This document shows, piece after piece, positions 14,101 through 28,083 of a DNA stretch of 64,000 nucleotides. Source of the stretch: the human T2T-CHM13v2.0 reference genome, Homo sapiens. Below the pieces are notes generated by a model. It saw nothing but the letters and a program-made list of their open reading frames with translations. It searched no databases and was not told the DNA's origin. Within the stretch, counting starts at the first letter, position 1, and every line of letters starts with the position of its first letter. A program made the position numbers and the translations under genes. The stretch lies in NCBI RefSeq assembly GCF_009914755.1, contig NC_060934.1; one strand, written 5' to 3'.

Positions 14101-15168
14101 TCATGGACAAGCTCTGGCTCTTTTGTGGCAGGCACACTCTGCAGGGGAACACAGGTCTCTCTTGGTGGGTCCTGGAGGCGGAGCAGAGACAGGGCCGGGC
14201 CCGGGGAGGGGGAGCCCCTCAGAACTGCCTGGCCACAGCTGAGCTCACTTCCTGAGCCTCAGACCTGTCTTGGGGCTGGAGGCATTCCTATTCCCAGGCC
14301 CATAACTTGCCAGACCAGTGGTGAACTGGCCCACGTGGCCAATACCACCTCAAGAAAGAGGCAGATAACCCCTGCTGGCCTGGTGATGGAGCGGCCAAAT
14401 GCTTCACAGCCCCTCCCTGCAAAAGTCAGGTAGGGACGGAACGTGCACACATTCCATTCTGTTCCCCAGCCTTCCATGAACACAGGTGTGGAGCACTTCC
14501 TGTGCACCAGTAGCACCTGGCCGGGTTATTTGAGTAAACCCTCTTGACCAGCTCGTGAGTTCTGCATTATCTCATTTTAGGGGAACAGAAATGCAGAGAC
14601 ATTGAGCAAATGGCCAAAGATCACTGAGCCTTAAGTGGCAGGGCCTGGCCCCAGAGCCTGGCCCCACAAAGCCATGGCCTGCTGCCTCCCCAACAGCCAA
14701 GTGTCTTGCTGAGCCTGGTTTCCACTGTTCCTCAAGGGCCTCCTAGAGGTGGGCAAAAGGCTAACTTAATGCCATGAATGAAGTGAGGCCGACGGATTCA
14801 GCTGACTGGCAAAGAGCAGGTTTGGAGGCATGGATCACAGGCTGGGTCAGCTGCTTTTGTGGCGATACACCTGCTGCCTCCACCATCAACGATCCTGATC
14901 CTTTTCCCCCGTGGCCAGGCACACGATCACGGGGGATCCCAACAGCCACCCACGTAGGGAGGAGCATCTCCTCTCTCCCCATGCAAGGACAGAAAATGAG
15001 AGGCTTGGAGAGAACATCACAGCTGGGCAAGGGCGGGTCAGGTGAGGACCCAGGGATACTGCTGCCAGGCTCAGAGCCTTCCCTTGCCCTGAGGCAAGGC
15101 AAGGATGAAGAAGGAAGGGGCAGGAGCGCAGACAGGTGGGGACAGAAAGGAGATCCTGAGGAGCTTCA

Positions 15169-15648
<480 letters not shown>

Positions 15649-15764
15649 TCATCATCTGAGTTTCATGGATAACCCTTGGAGGTAGCAAAAACAGGGCTTA
15701 ATCACTATTCCCTTTTTACAGATGGTTCCCTATTTCTCGCTATTCTTTCTTCTGAAATTTTACA

Positions 15765-15902
<138 letters not shown>

Positions 15903-17570
15903 TTTTTTTTTTTTTTTTCAATCAGCTGAATTTAAGATTCATCCCTGTTTCTCTCTAAATGTAGAAACTTCGGCCAGCACTGAGCCACTAGGGACCACAG
16001 GAAGGCTTGGGGAAGTTACGAGGGATCTGCCTGGACATTACACAGCTAGTAGCAGCAGAACTGGGACGTGAACTCAATACTTTGCATCCTATACCCTGTG
16101 GCTTTCCACTGCTTCACGCTGTGAACCAAGCTACTGATAAGCTCCTGATGGTTCACAGTGCTTGTTTCTTGCCTGAGGCAGCCATCAGTGAAGATGGTCT
16201 TTGCTAGGCCAGGTGGGCCTCGGAGCTGCTTTTTCCTCCCTCGAAATGCCCAGGCTATTTCAGGCTATTAGTCTTTTAGCATGCGTGAAGACAGAAGGGT
16301 CCCTTTAGGCAGGACTGCCATGTATGGGTGTGCAGGCCACATATTCTACAACCTCATGGGCACATTCACAGAAAGTGCAGTGTGAATGGCACCTCCAGAG
16401 CCACGCAATGCTCACCCTCATCTTCAGGCTTTCTCCTCCCCATCACCAGGTTCCCCCTGCCTCTCCCCACCTGGCCCAGAGGGTTCCTGTGTCCTACTCT
16501 CTCCTTTCCCTCTGTAGTAGCCACCCCATCTGCCTCTCTCTCACCCATCCGGTACTTTAAGCTTCCAGGGGATAGCTATGGAGTGAGCTGATTCATCAGC
16601 ATCCCCTTAAGTCCTCTCCCCAACCCTCTCTCTTACCCAACACCCCTCCCTGCCTTCTGCCCACCAGCTCCTGGGTGGGAGCTGAATTTTTCTCTCCAAT
16701 GAGAACCTATGCTGGGGACTGCAGGTGAGCAGAATGCTCTGAGCAAGAGAGCATGGCCATCTGGATGGAGTCGGGTCCTGGGTGTGAGAAACCAGCATGG
16801 CTGAGTGGGCCATCTTTACCACCACCCACAGCATCCCAATTTCAGAGAGAAAAAAGACCTGCATGGTTCCCTGTTTCTCTCCAAACATGGAAACATTAGC
16901 CAGCACTGGGCCACTAGGAACCACAGACTTAGGTTCAGGTTTTGTCCTGTCTCCTATCAAACCATCTGCATGACTCTGGGGGAAAAGCACCTGACCTCAC
17001 CGAGCCATGGTTTCCTCCTCTGTAAATAGGACTATTGAATATGGTAATGCCTATCATAAAATGCTATACATAAAAGATACTGGGTAAATTCATTATGATT
17101 TTTTATGATGATTATAAAATCTGTTGTAGCAGCCCAGGACTGCTGTTATTTGGCAGGTGAGTTTTCATCCTGGGCAGTGCACACTGGGACCTCTGCAGCC
17201 ATAACAGCGAAGAGCAAGGACTGTGCTAGCCCTGAGTGGTCTCGATGGCATGACCATTATATTTTCTGTTATCTCATCTGCTCCTTGTAACAACCCTGTG
17301 AGCCAGAAAGAGTTTGTAGGAAAATCTGCTCCACAAATGCAGAGACACTCTTCCCTGCAGCCCTGGGGTAAAGGAAAATGAAGAGTGGGCTCTGGCACTA
17401 GGAGCCTGGGGAATAATGTCCCCCATTCCTTTGGACCACTGTTCTTTAGCCCGGCTGGCCCTGCTAGCTCACCTTCTGCTTGTGTTCCCACAGCCTCAGC
17501 CTCCCCAGGCTGGCCATTGCTTTAGCCCACGCCTCCCCAGCACACAGGAGAGGCCTGAGCTATTACTTAC

Positions 17571-17662
17571 TCTTTTGGAGGGTTGACATCCTCGGGTCGA
17601 GCCTCGAAGAACCGGAAGACTTCGTCACACTGTGAGATGTGGGGGGGCAGCCGGACAAGTGC
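17571..17662 (-). CDS. SH3PXD2A: SH3PXD2A coding exon 5, end of PX domain, [30 protein letters not shown](E)
   Basis: Minus strand: cctgtctctccacAG|GCACTTGTCCGGCTG...CCTCCAAAAGA|GTAAGT. 92 nt, phase 0 to 2, in frame with exon 4. Confidence 0.97.
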
Positions 17663-17786
17663 CTGTGGAGAGACAGGAAGAAAGGGCATTAGGTGTGATG
17701 AACTTGGGAACAGGAAAACCAAGACAGTGTCACCTTACACCAACAGTGACAGAGAGGCTCAAGAACTGAGCCATGGAAGACATGGT

Positions 17787-18092
17787 CAACCAGCCACCCA
17801 CCTGTCCACCCAGAAAACTAATCAACAAATCAACCAATCAAATAACGAATCAAACAACCAACCTTCCTTCCTTCCCTCCCTCTTTCTATCCATTTCTCTC
17901 AACTAACTAGCCAGCCAACTAACTGACCAACTAACCAACCAGCCAATTAATCAACAAACCAACAAGACAACAACAAGAAAACCCCTAACCAGTTATCCAA
18001 TCAACCTACCCATCAACCATCCAGTCAACCAACCAACCAACCAACCAACCATCCAACCAGCCAGTCAACCAACTAAACAACTGACTTAAACA
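17787..18092. repeat. Degenerate (AACC)n/(AATC)n tetranucleotide tract
   Basis: Perfect (AACC)6 at 18027-18050 within about 300 bp of diverged units. Confidence 0.85.
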
Positions 18093-18823
18093 AAAAAAAA
18101 AAGACCACTGAACCCTGGAACCCTGGGTCTTAGGGTCCTCAGGAGCTAATCATTCTGCAGGAACCCTGAGGGAATTCCCTTCTGCACACAGAATAAGTCC
18201 AAGATCCATAACCTAACAGTCCAAGGTCACGTCCTCCCAGCCTTGTCTTCCACTAGCCACGCTCCAGCTGCACCAGGCATTCACACTCCCTAAACACTGA
18301 CCACAAAATTAATTATTTCATGACAAGTTGATAATTGCTGCCAAGGACAACAAAGCACTATGATGGAGTTTGATAGAACCCAAGAAGATGTGGAAGATGG
18401 GGAGCCAGTGTTTCAGGAAGGACTCTTTAAAGCTAAGTTCTGAAGGATGGATAACAATTAACTGGTCAAGGTGGAGGTGGAGCGATCAAGCATGTTGGTT
18501 TCAGGAGATGAATGAAGGCCAGTGCGGCCTGAGGACCCAGAGCAAGGGAGAGGGGCCATAGGAGGTGGGCAGGGGCATGACTAGCAGGGCCTTGTTTTAG
18601 GCCAAGCTGAGGATGCCTGGAGAAACAATGTAAACTGAAGAGTGTGGAAAGGTTTCTTAGAAGAGTGGGCAGGAGCACGGCTTGTGGAGTTTGCAGGGTT
18701 TGGACAAGCAGAGAGGAGGAGTGGGCATTCTATGGGAAACAGTAGTCATGGCAAGTGCGTGGGCCAGCTGTGAGCCTGTCATCCAGGCATGGGGAGAGTC
18801 TGCAGCTGGAAAGTGAGGCACTA

Positions 18824-19213
<390 letters not shown>

Positions 19214-19767
19214 TCATGCTGCACACCAGCACGCAGGACCCTGACCTGGCCCAGTCCGACATGGAGGGGTTGGGGGTGTAGGGTGAGGCCGGGTGTAGCC
19301 CCGTTTTCTGGGCCCCTCAATTTAGTATGGGGAGAAATACTGGGGCAAGGAAGGATCCCCTGGTCCAAACAGACAGGAGAGAACACTACCAAAGCAGAGC
19401 TGAGGGACGGGGACAGGGAGCCGAGGGCTAGAGCCAGGAGAAGACAGGAAAACCCAGGACTGGAGGAGTCAACAAACACAGGGTTTGTGAGAAACTCCTG
19501 ATGAGACCTGGTCTATAAGACAGGACCCTGTCCCATACCCCTGCCTCCTGAAACCTCACACACCACGACCAGCTTCAGATGCAAGGCCTAGATCCAGTGG
19601 CTCCTGGGCCAAGTACAGTAAGTCTGTGAGTGTCGTTCCAGGAAATTCTCATGAGGGTCGTCCTCATGAGGGCACAATTCCCATCCCCATACTACGGGTG
19701 AGGAGACAGAGGTGCAGGGAGACATGTGGCCTGCCCACAGGCACCCACGGAGGGTGGGAAAGACTCA

Positions 19768-19895
19768 CTGGAAGGTAAGCTCCATGCAGGCGCGATTTTA
19801 GTCTGTTTGGTTGATTTCTGTGTCCCCAGATCCTAGTAGAGTACCTGACAGAGCAGGCACTTGATTTATATTTGTTTAAAGAAATGAATGAAAAA
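19768..19895 (+). mobile_element. L2 3' end
   Basis: gtaagctccatg...ccccagatcctag...tatttgtt..aaatgaatgaa. Confidence 0.8.
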
Positions 19896-19929
19896 TGGAT
19901 AAGGTAGTGAAGGTTTCCATGTCTATAAG

Positions 19930-20105
19930 CCCAATATCTAGTAGCTATGGGACATGATAGTGGGGCAAAAAACCCACATATAATCTTAGGTTGCATCTAT
20001 AGAATTATAATATTGAGGAAGAGGAAAGTAATGGTTTAGTTATTCTCTGAGCTAGTTAGATAACAATTGAAGTGTGCCATCTAGCACCAGGCATCCTATC
20101 AAGAT
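19930..20105 (+). mobile_element. L3/CR1 LINE fossil (ORF2 C-terminal region)
   Basis: 19965-20084 translates AKNPHIILGCIYRIIILRKRKVMV*LFSELVR*QLKCAI*, matching the CR1 motif AKKANxILGCIxRxIxSRxREVIxPLYSALVRPHLEYCVQ. Confidence 0.75.
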
Positions 20106-21406
20106 GGGCCCTTCTCGATGCCAAACCCACACCCAGGCAAGATGAGGTAAGACCAGACCATGGCAGATAAGAGAGCATGATGTAACCCTCAGTCATTCCT
20201 TTCAGGGGTCATGGCTCTCCAAGGGTCTCTGAAATAACACATCTCCATCAACAGGCAAAAAACAGAAAAGGAAAATTAACATTAAATGAGCAGCTATGTG
20301 TCAGGCCCTATCCTTGGCCCCTTGACTCCTCCAGTCATCCACCAAACAGTGAGGGCTTTGCAGTGTGTGCTGCATATGGGGCTGTGCCTGGTTTTACAGG
20401 GATGAGAGAGAGCAAATCTAATGACATGTCACCCCATTTTGTCCTGGAGGTAGACATCATTGCCTCCACATACGATGGGGACACTGAGGCTGCTGGGGGT
20501 GAAGCCATAAGTGAGGAAAGGGGCAGAATCCAGCCCCAAGCTGTGAAGGTCAGATGGGTGGAGCATGCCTCCAGAATATTCAAGTTCTCATTTAACGCAC
20601 ACTGTCCATGCTGTGTTCTCCTTGGGAAGGGTAGAAGGAAAAGGAAATGAAAAACTGAGGAAAGAGAGAGACAGACAGGGAGCAAGAGGGAGGGAGAGAA
20701 AGTCAGGGAGGACAGGGGGCCCCAGGAGAGAGTGCCAATGGGGTCGGGATGGGCAGAAGGCAGGAGGAAACCATTACCAGGGATCCCGGCTCTGTGCAAA
20801 GTCATTGCCGGGTGACCACCCTGAAAGGGAGAAGGAGGGACGCAGGGCAGGAGAGGGCGGGTTTCAGCGGCCCACAGCACTAGTGCCCTCCCCGCTCAGT
20901 GTGCTGCCACTCACCCTAAGCACAGACCCTGGCCAGCCATGGCTCACCCAGCCCTGGCAGGGAACAGAGGGGCTCTTCATGCCGACAGAGACCCACATTC
21001 CGGAGGCAGAGGACGCGTGGGCCACGAGGGCCTCAGACAAAGAGGCCTTTTGGTGGAACAACCGCAGCATCTTTATTTAACGGGGAGCCCTGAGGGGAGC
21101 CGCGTGGAGGGCTCGTCCTGATTTCAGGCTGACAAGAGGCTCTCAGCCCAGAGCAGCTTCCATCAGAGCTGCTGCCAAAGCTCAGCTCTGGCCAAAATCA
21201 TTTGGCAGGAGAGAGTGATGCTGAGCAGTGAGTCCCCGCAGCCTGGGCTGGTGATGATGGCCAGGGCCAGGGCACCCCCAAGCCCAGCCGTTGTGAGAAG
21301 AGCAGAGTAGGGGGCCAGATAATGGGCATATCAGGGTTAGCAACCCCAGCTTAGGTCTAAAATTCTGCCATGAGACATTCATGATGTATGCCACGTGGTG
21401 GTAAAG

Positions 21407-21454
21407 TCAGGGCCTCAGAGCCTCAGGGCCTCAGAGCCTCAGGACCTCAGGGCT
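21407..21454. repeat. 8-bp tandem repeat (TCAGRGCC) x6
   Basis: tcagggcc tcagagcc tcagggcc tcagagcc tcaggacc tcagggct, inside a MIR head. Confidence 0.9.
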
Positions 21455-21679
21455 GCAGGCAGATGCAGGTTTGGGTCCTGGCTCTGCCATTTATGGGCTG
21501 TGTGAGGCTGGATGCATTACCTGCCCTCTGAGCTCTGGGATGTGACGTGGCACCTACCTAGCTGTTAGGAAGTTAAGCGAGATGAATATGAGAAGCCGAG
21601 CACAGTGGCTGGTGAAGAGTACACTCAGTAAATGTGAGCCGTGATAACATTAGTGTCATCGCTGCCATTGTCATTCTTT

Positions 21680-21900
21680 AGGAGAAAGCAGTGATGAACA
21701 CTTGAAAGAGCACTGGAATGGGAGACAGGAGTCAATTCTAGTTCCAGTTCTGCAGTTATATACTTGCTGTGTGACCTTAGGCAGCTCACTTCACCTCTCT
21801 GGTTGTCATTTCTTCCAAGATAAAATGGAATCCCGAAGTATGTCTCATGGAAGAACTCCCTGATGAGGTGAAATGAGCTCTGTGAGCACATGTGAAATCT
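21680..21900 (+). mobile_element. MIR
   Basis: ttgctgtgtgaccttaggcag...taaaatgg. Confidence 0.8.
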
Positions 21901-22175
21901 GCCTTGAGGGTCCCCCCATCTTGGCCTTGGGGATCACCATGTTTGTTACCATCACAAAGCCTCTGAGAAATCCTGCAGGAAAGAAACCTGTAGAGCTTTG
22001 TACAAGCCAGCATTTACTACTACTAACAATATCCTGTAGGACTGTGTCATTTAATCAGCACATCAACTCTAAGAGGACAGTATGACTATGATTTCAGTTT
22101 TACAGAAGAAGAAACTAAAGCACAGAGAGTTTACATAATTCCCTGAGGCCTCACAGCTAGTAAGTAGCAAAGAGT

Positions 22176-22500
22176 TGTTTTTTTTGTTTGTTTGTTTGTT
22201 TTTTTTTTTTTGAGACAAAGTCTCACTCTGTCACCCAGGCTAGAGTGCAATGGCCCGATCTGAGCTCACTGCAGCCTCCCCCTCGCCGGGTTCAAGCGAT
22301 TCTCCTGTCTCAGCCTCCTGAGTAGGTGGGATTTACAGGCACGTGCCACCACAGCAGGCTAATTTTTTGTATTTTTAGTAGAGACGGGGTTTCACCAAGT
22401 TGGCCAGGCTGATCTCGAACTCCTGACCTCAAGTAAGTGATCCACCTGCCTCGGCCTCCCAAAGTGCTGGGATTACAGGCATGAGCCATGGCGTCCGGCT
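22176..22500 (-). mobile_element. AluS inserted in a MIR
   Basis: TSD gtaagtagcaaa at 22160-22171 and 22501-22512. Confidence 0.93.
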
Positions 22501-23533
22501 GTAAGTAGCAAAATTTTGAATCAGGCTGAGTCCAGAGCCTATGCCCTGATCCACTCCCTCCTGCCTCTAGCTTTACCCACAGGTATTTGACTGCGGTGCT
22601 GATTTTCCAGACAACTCCTAGTGACGCCCTGTGGAACACAGCTGAGGCAAATCCAGGTTCAAGACATTCTGAAGTTTCTTCCAGCTCTAACTGTTAATAG
22701 CTCTAACTAAACAGCACCATCACCAGTGAATTCATTTGTCTGATCTATCAATCAATCTGATTGAGACTTTCTAATAGAGCTCAGGTGAGCTCAGAGGGTT
22801 CCGAAGGCCTCAGGTTGGAGAAGGGCTGAAATGAGTACGACTTTCTAGCCCTCAGGTTCTGGGGCAAGTGGGAGGAAGCATTGCCCTGCGGGGCTGCTGG
22901 AACTATGCAGGTCCCTGGAGAATGTCAGCTGAGCTGGCCTCAGTCCCCCTCCAACCCTGCCATTCTGTAAACCAGGGGTCAGTGAGCTGGCTGAGAGCAG
23001 ATCTGCAGAAATGGCATGCAGGAAGGGGCTGGGGTAGTGGGTAACTGGGTCGCGGGGACTGGTAATGAGGTGCTGAAGAGCCATTCAGGTTTTGCCATCA
23101 GCTAGCCCTGCCAGTTTCCCCATTTCCAGTCCTAAACTGTCCTGCAGTCTCCAGCTCCTGCCCCTCAAGACCATTTCATGGGGGCCATGACATGAGCCAC
23201 CACTTAGCACTGAGTGTCATCATGGCCAATGATGCAGGTGTAAACAAGGGAGAGGGTGGCTGCATTGTGTGTCTCTAAGACCTCCACTCAGCTATGGTGA
23301 GCACAAGTGTGGTCTTTGCACATGCAAGTGGCACAGGAGGGGGCCCCGGCAGACTGTGCTCAGGCCTTCTGCCTCGAAACGGTCATCCTCCACAGAGCCC
23401 ACCACTCTGGGTAATGCCTGCGTCAGGACAAAGAGCAAAGCTGTGCATTTGGCAAAACACTACAGGTGCCCACTCTTTACACAGGATCAATTGCTTCTCT
23501 CTTTTCAGCAGCATCAGTTTCTTTTCTCGTTTC

Positions 23534-23565
<32 letters not shown>

Positions 23566-24450
23566 CACTGATTTTTTTTGTTTTTTAATTTTTTTAAAGC
23601 ATCAGTTTCTAATCCCTGGAAATCTTGTGGGTAAAAGCCCGGCCGCGCTGGGTGGAGTTGGAGGTGTGGCACAAGGGGGCTGGCATCCTGCCCCTCTGGC
23701 CTCCCACCTGTGTCCTTCCAGCCCCACCTCTGGGGCTGCCTCTAACCTGCTTGGACTGTTCTTTCTAGGTCACCATCTAGAAAGCTGGGGTCTCACTGAA
23801 CTTCTGAGTTCAGAGTATTCAAAACACATGGGTTTTCTTTTTGAAGGATCTGAGCAGCGACTCCCCTTGAAATGTAAATGATGTCTAATTCTTGGTAGCA
23901 GTTTAAGCCATTTCACAAGGGATCTTAGTACATCAGGGCCTGGGGGATATGTCACTCTCTGAGGAAGTTTTGTCTACTTGTGATCTTTCCATCTTGTCAT
24001 CAGGCATTGGCTGGACAATCCCTTAGGGCTGGGCTTCCTGTTTATTAGTGAAGACACAGAGACGACAAATGTGGCCCTCAAGGAGCTCATAGTCTGGGAG
24101 AAGACAGACACACAGAAGTTACCCTCCTGCAGAGGAGAAATGCACAGAGTCGGGGTGGGCGCAGTCCTCTGGGGGCAGAATGGCAGGAGTGATCAGCTTT
24201 TCCTGGGGAGTCATGAGGCTTATGGAAGGGCCCACTGCGGAGACTGAATGTGCACCCAGGCAGGGGACCAGCACAGGCTCAGGGGCGGAGGCCTGGCTAG
24301 CTGGGGATGGCCTTGTGTCTGCCGGACTGGACTGCAGGATATGGAAGACAGAGGCAGGAGCTGAGGCCCCAGCAGCACTTGGAACCAGCCCACACAGGGC
24401 CCAGCTGAGGTGCTCAGATATTCTTCTCGGGGGCAGCAGGACTCCTCTGA

Positions 24451-24774
<324 letters not shown>

Positions 24775-27056
24775 TAAGGAGAAAAGGGACATGATCTGCT
24801 TTATCTCAGCCTAGAAACTCCTTCTCCTGGGTCTACTATCTGGGTTGAGGGAGATGGTGAGGTTCTACTATCTGGGTTCCCCCAGAGAACCAGGCCACTC
24901 AGGAGGCACCTCATGAATGGATCAGCCTTGGGCTCTGCCTAAGACTCCCCATTGGCAAGGCCTCTCCTGGGCCAGGTCTGCTTTTAGAACAAGGACCACA
25001 AGAACAACATTACTCTCCTCAAGGGGAGAGCCAATGATTGGCTGTGGTGGAAAATCCCACAGTGGAAGGGAGAATACCTGGGACTAGGAACCACTGCCAT
25101 GCAATAGCCTCAGTTTTCAAGTCTGGGAAGTGGGAATAAAAATGAATGAGTCTGGGAAGTGCAGAGGGGGAGGGTCAGGGGATCCTTACCCTTCAGTGCT
25201 GACCTCTTGTTGGGCTCAGACTTCCTGCCCTTAAGTCTGACTGCACCCAATCCCTCTTCCCTCCTACAAAGAAAGCCATTGATCCCTGAAATCAAATGTG
25301 TCATAGATAGACGAATAATAGAAACATGCTCAGCTATTTGGGCAGCAAAAAAATTCTAGTCGTACCAACCAGGAAGTGGTGACTTGGATAAATGTCATTA
25401 ACATGTCAAAGGGTGAGTTGCTCATTCTCAAACACTCTCTCACACTCCTCTCTGAACCCCTCCCTAGAATATTCATTTTATCCCTTGGACAAACACTGCA
25501 AACATGTATTTCACCCCTAGGAACGGGGTAAATAGAGTCACTTAAAAAATTGTGAGTCCAAGCCTCTATGGTATAGCTTACTCTTGTTAGTCTGATGAAA
25601 GTCTTCGACTTGTTGAGGTCTCAGACCATTAAATATTAACTGCATTACCACGTTTCCGTTTAAATTAATTTATAAAGTTAAAGAAATGCCTTTGGAACCC
25701 CTCTTCATAGACACCTGACCCTCAAGTGCCACATAAAATGATCACTCAGTCGGCATGTGGTAAATTTTCCGTGATTCCCATCCAATCTGCTGCTTATATG
25801 TTAAAAATTAACACTGATATTGGGCTGTGAAACCGCCATTAGGTGGTGGGACTGGCTGGCCAGCAAGGGCAGGGAGCCCAAAGTCTGGGGAGGTCCACTG
25901 CACGGTCAGACTTTCCATGTCTGAGTCCTTGCAGGGAGCCGGCTGCTCTGTGTGCAGAGCCAGCTGCACAATTTTGGGTGCATTTGAATTCCCATCAAAC
26001 CCCAGACTCTGAGCCCACATTGTCTAGCAGGTCGAAGGAAGATGACCAGCCAAGCAGGTGGGCTATGCAGGGCACTGTAAGTAGAGACTCCAGAGGCTCT
26101 AGGCAGTACGTAGACAAAGGCAGGTAGAGACAGGGGAAGGTCTGGCCGTGGAGCGGACTGCACACGGTACTGTGCTGGCTGGGGTCGGCCGGTGATGCTG
26201 AGTGGTCTGTCTGGAGGCCAGCTGTGAAATGCATAGCTAGGTGGCAGTGGCCATGGACTTGTCCCTAAAAACCATTCCAAGGTCAGTGGGTTTCTCAGAC
26301 AATCAGACCACAGATCCCAGCTTCTTAGTTCAGCAGAATTAAAGGTCACTCTGTACTGCCCCACCCCCGCCATTCTCAGAGTAAATCACCGCCTGTGAGA
26401 TAGATGGCTGTCTGCTTGGTGAGCCCATGGCCCCATTCCTTGTCTGGCTCTGGGCAGTTTCCATCTGTGCTAATCAGGTTAGGAGGTCCCTCCTCTTGCA
26501 GACCCCACTTCAATGGCTCCCCCAGCTACGCGTGGTACACTGGAGCTCCAGAGCCCCTCTGAATCAGGAGTCCTGTTCAAAGCCTGATCCCAGGAGATAA
26601 GATGCTATCACTTCCTCCTCCGGATGACCCAGCAGACAGCATTTCCTTGGAGCCCAACTGCAGATGCCTTGGGCTGGCTAATCTGAGCTATAAATCCCAG
26701 CTGGAAAAGCCTTCCTCCCGCCCTATGCCCCCTCCTCCATTAGCTTTGCCCATTTATTTAACTTCTTGAGAAAGGAAAAAAGAGAAATAAAAGCTCAGGC
26801 TACAGCCATCAATTTAACCAGAAACAGTGAATGCCTGTTAAAGAGAAAAATGAATATTGGTCTGAAGAAGAGAAGTTTCTAGCTTAAGGGAATCCAGCAC
26901 TGGGGCATCCTTTTAAAATAAGGCAGAACATGTGACCCAAGTATAATGTTCACAGTCACGAAATTCAAACTTCAGTTTAATGAAGACTACATTGTCTTTT
27001 CTTCCTATAGGCTTGGGAATGCCAGTTAATAAATTTAGCAAGTTGGTTCTTAAACA

Positions 27057-27310
27057 TTTTTTATTTATTTTATTTTATTTTATTTTTTTAGGGACAGGAT
27101 CGTTCCCTGTTACCCAGGCTAGAGTGCTGTGGCGTGATCATAGCTCACTGTAGCCTTGACCTCCTGACTCAAGCAGTCCTCTCACCTCAACTACAGGTGT
27201 GTGCTACCACGCCTGGCTAATTTTAAACTTTTTTTTTTGGAGAGATGAGGTCTCGTTATGCTACCCAGGCTGGTCTCAAACTCCTGGCCTCAAGTGCTCC
27301 TCCTGCAACA
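27057..27310 (-). mobile_element. AluJ, truncated
   Basis: polyT, right arm and partial left arm. Confidence 0.88.
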
Positions 27311-27329
27311 GCTCTGTATGAGGACACTG

Positions 27330-27490
27330 TGATATACATTCTCCCTACTCAGCTCCCATGTGAGGTAGTGTTTTTATATTCATTTTACAGATGAGGAAAC
27401 TAGGGCTCAAAGAGGCAAAGCAGCTTGCCCAAGGTCACGTAGCTAGTAAGTGGGCACCGGGATTCGACTCCAGCTCTTCTCCTTCTGATA
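27330..27490 (-). mobile_element. MIR
   Basis: ttttacagatgaggaaact...cttgcccaaggtcac.tagctagtaag. Confidence 0.85.
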
Positions 27491-27716
27491 CTCTAATACC
27501 AGCACTTGTGAAATTTTATACCTTATTTGCCACATTATAACACATTATACCACATCTTCTCAAGATTTTTGAGTCAGGAACCACAGTGGGTTTCATTTAA
27601 CTACGAAATTCTAGCTCTATTAAAGCCAATGGTGCCCAGTAGAAACATTAAATTATTTTGTGTTTGCTTTATTTGCTTGTTTTTTTTTTTTATTTGCTTT
27701 TAATAAAGCCTTTTCA

Positions 27717-28083
27717 CCAGTCTGGGCAACAGAACGAGACCCTGTCTCAAAAACATGTTAAAAATATGGCTGGGTGCGGTGGCTCACGCCTGTAATCCCA
27801 GCACTTTGGGACGCCAAGGCAGGCAGATCACTTGAGGCCAGGAGTTTGAGACCAGCCTGGCCAACATGGCAAAACCACGTCTCTACTAAAAATACAAAAA
27901 TTAGCCAGGCATGGTGGCGCACTCCTATAATCCCAGTTACTCGGAAGGCTGAGGCATGAGAATTGCTTGAACTCAGGAGGTGGAGGTTACAGTGAGCCAA
28001 GATGGTGCCACTGCACTCCAGCCTGGGCTGCAGAGAAAGATCTTGTCTCATCAAAATAAATAAATAAATAAAAATTTTTAAAA
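27717..28083 (+). mobile_element. Short Alu 3' fragment (27717-27755) followed by a full AluS (27768-28075)
   Basis: Both lie within one TSD, aataaagcYttttca, at 27702-27716 and 28084-28098. Confidence 0.9.

Noticed and set aside
21407-21454. Short repeat array as a CRISPR-like or functional array
   Set aside because: It is a spacer-less 8-bp tandem slippage inside a MIR in human DNA. No CRISPR, tRNA or rRNA features were seen anywhere in the window.
26995-27035. Plus-strand acceptor (cttttcttcctatag) followed by AATAAA as a terminal exon
   Set aside because: The implied exon would be only a few tens of nucleotides and no upstream partner exon was identified.
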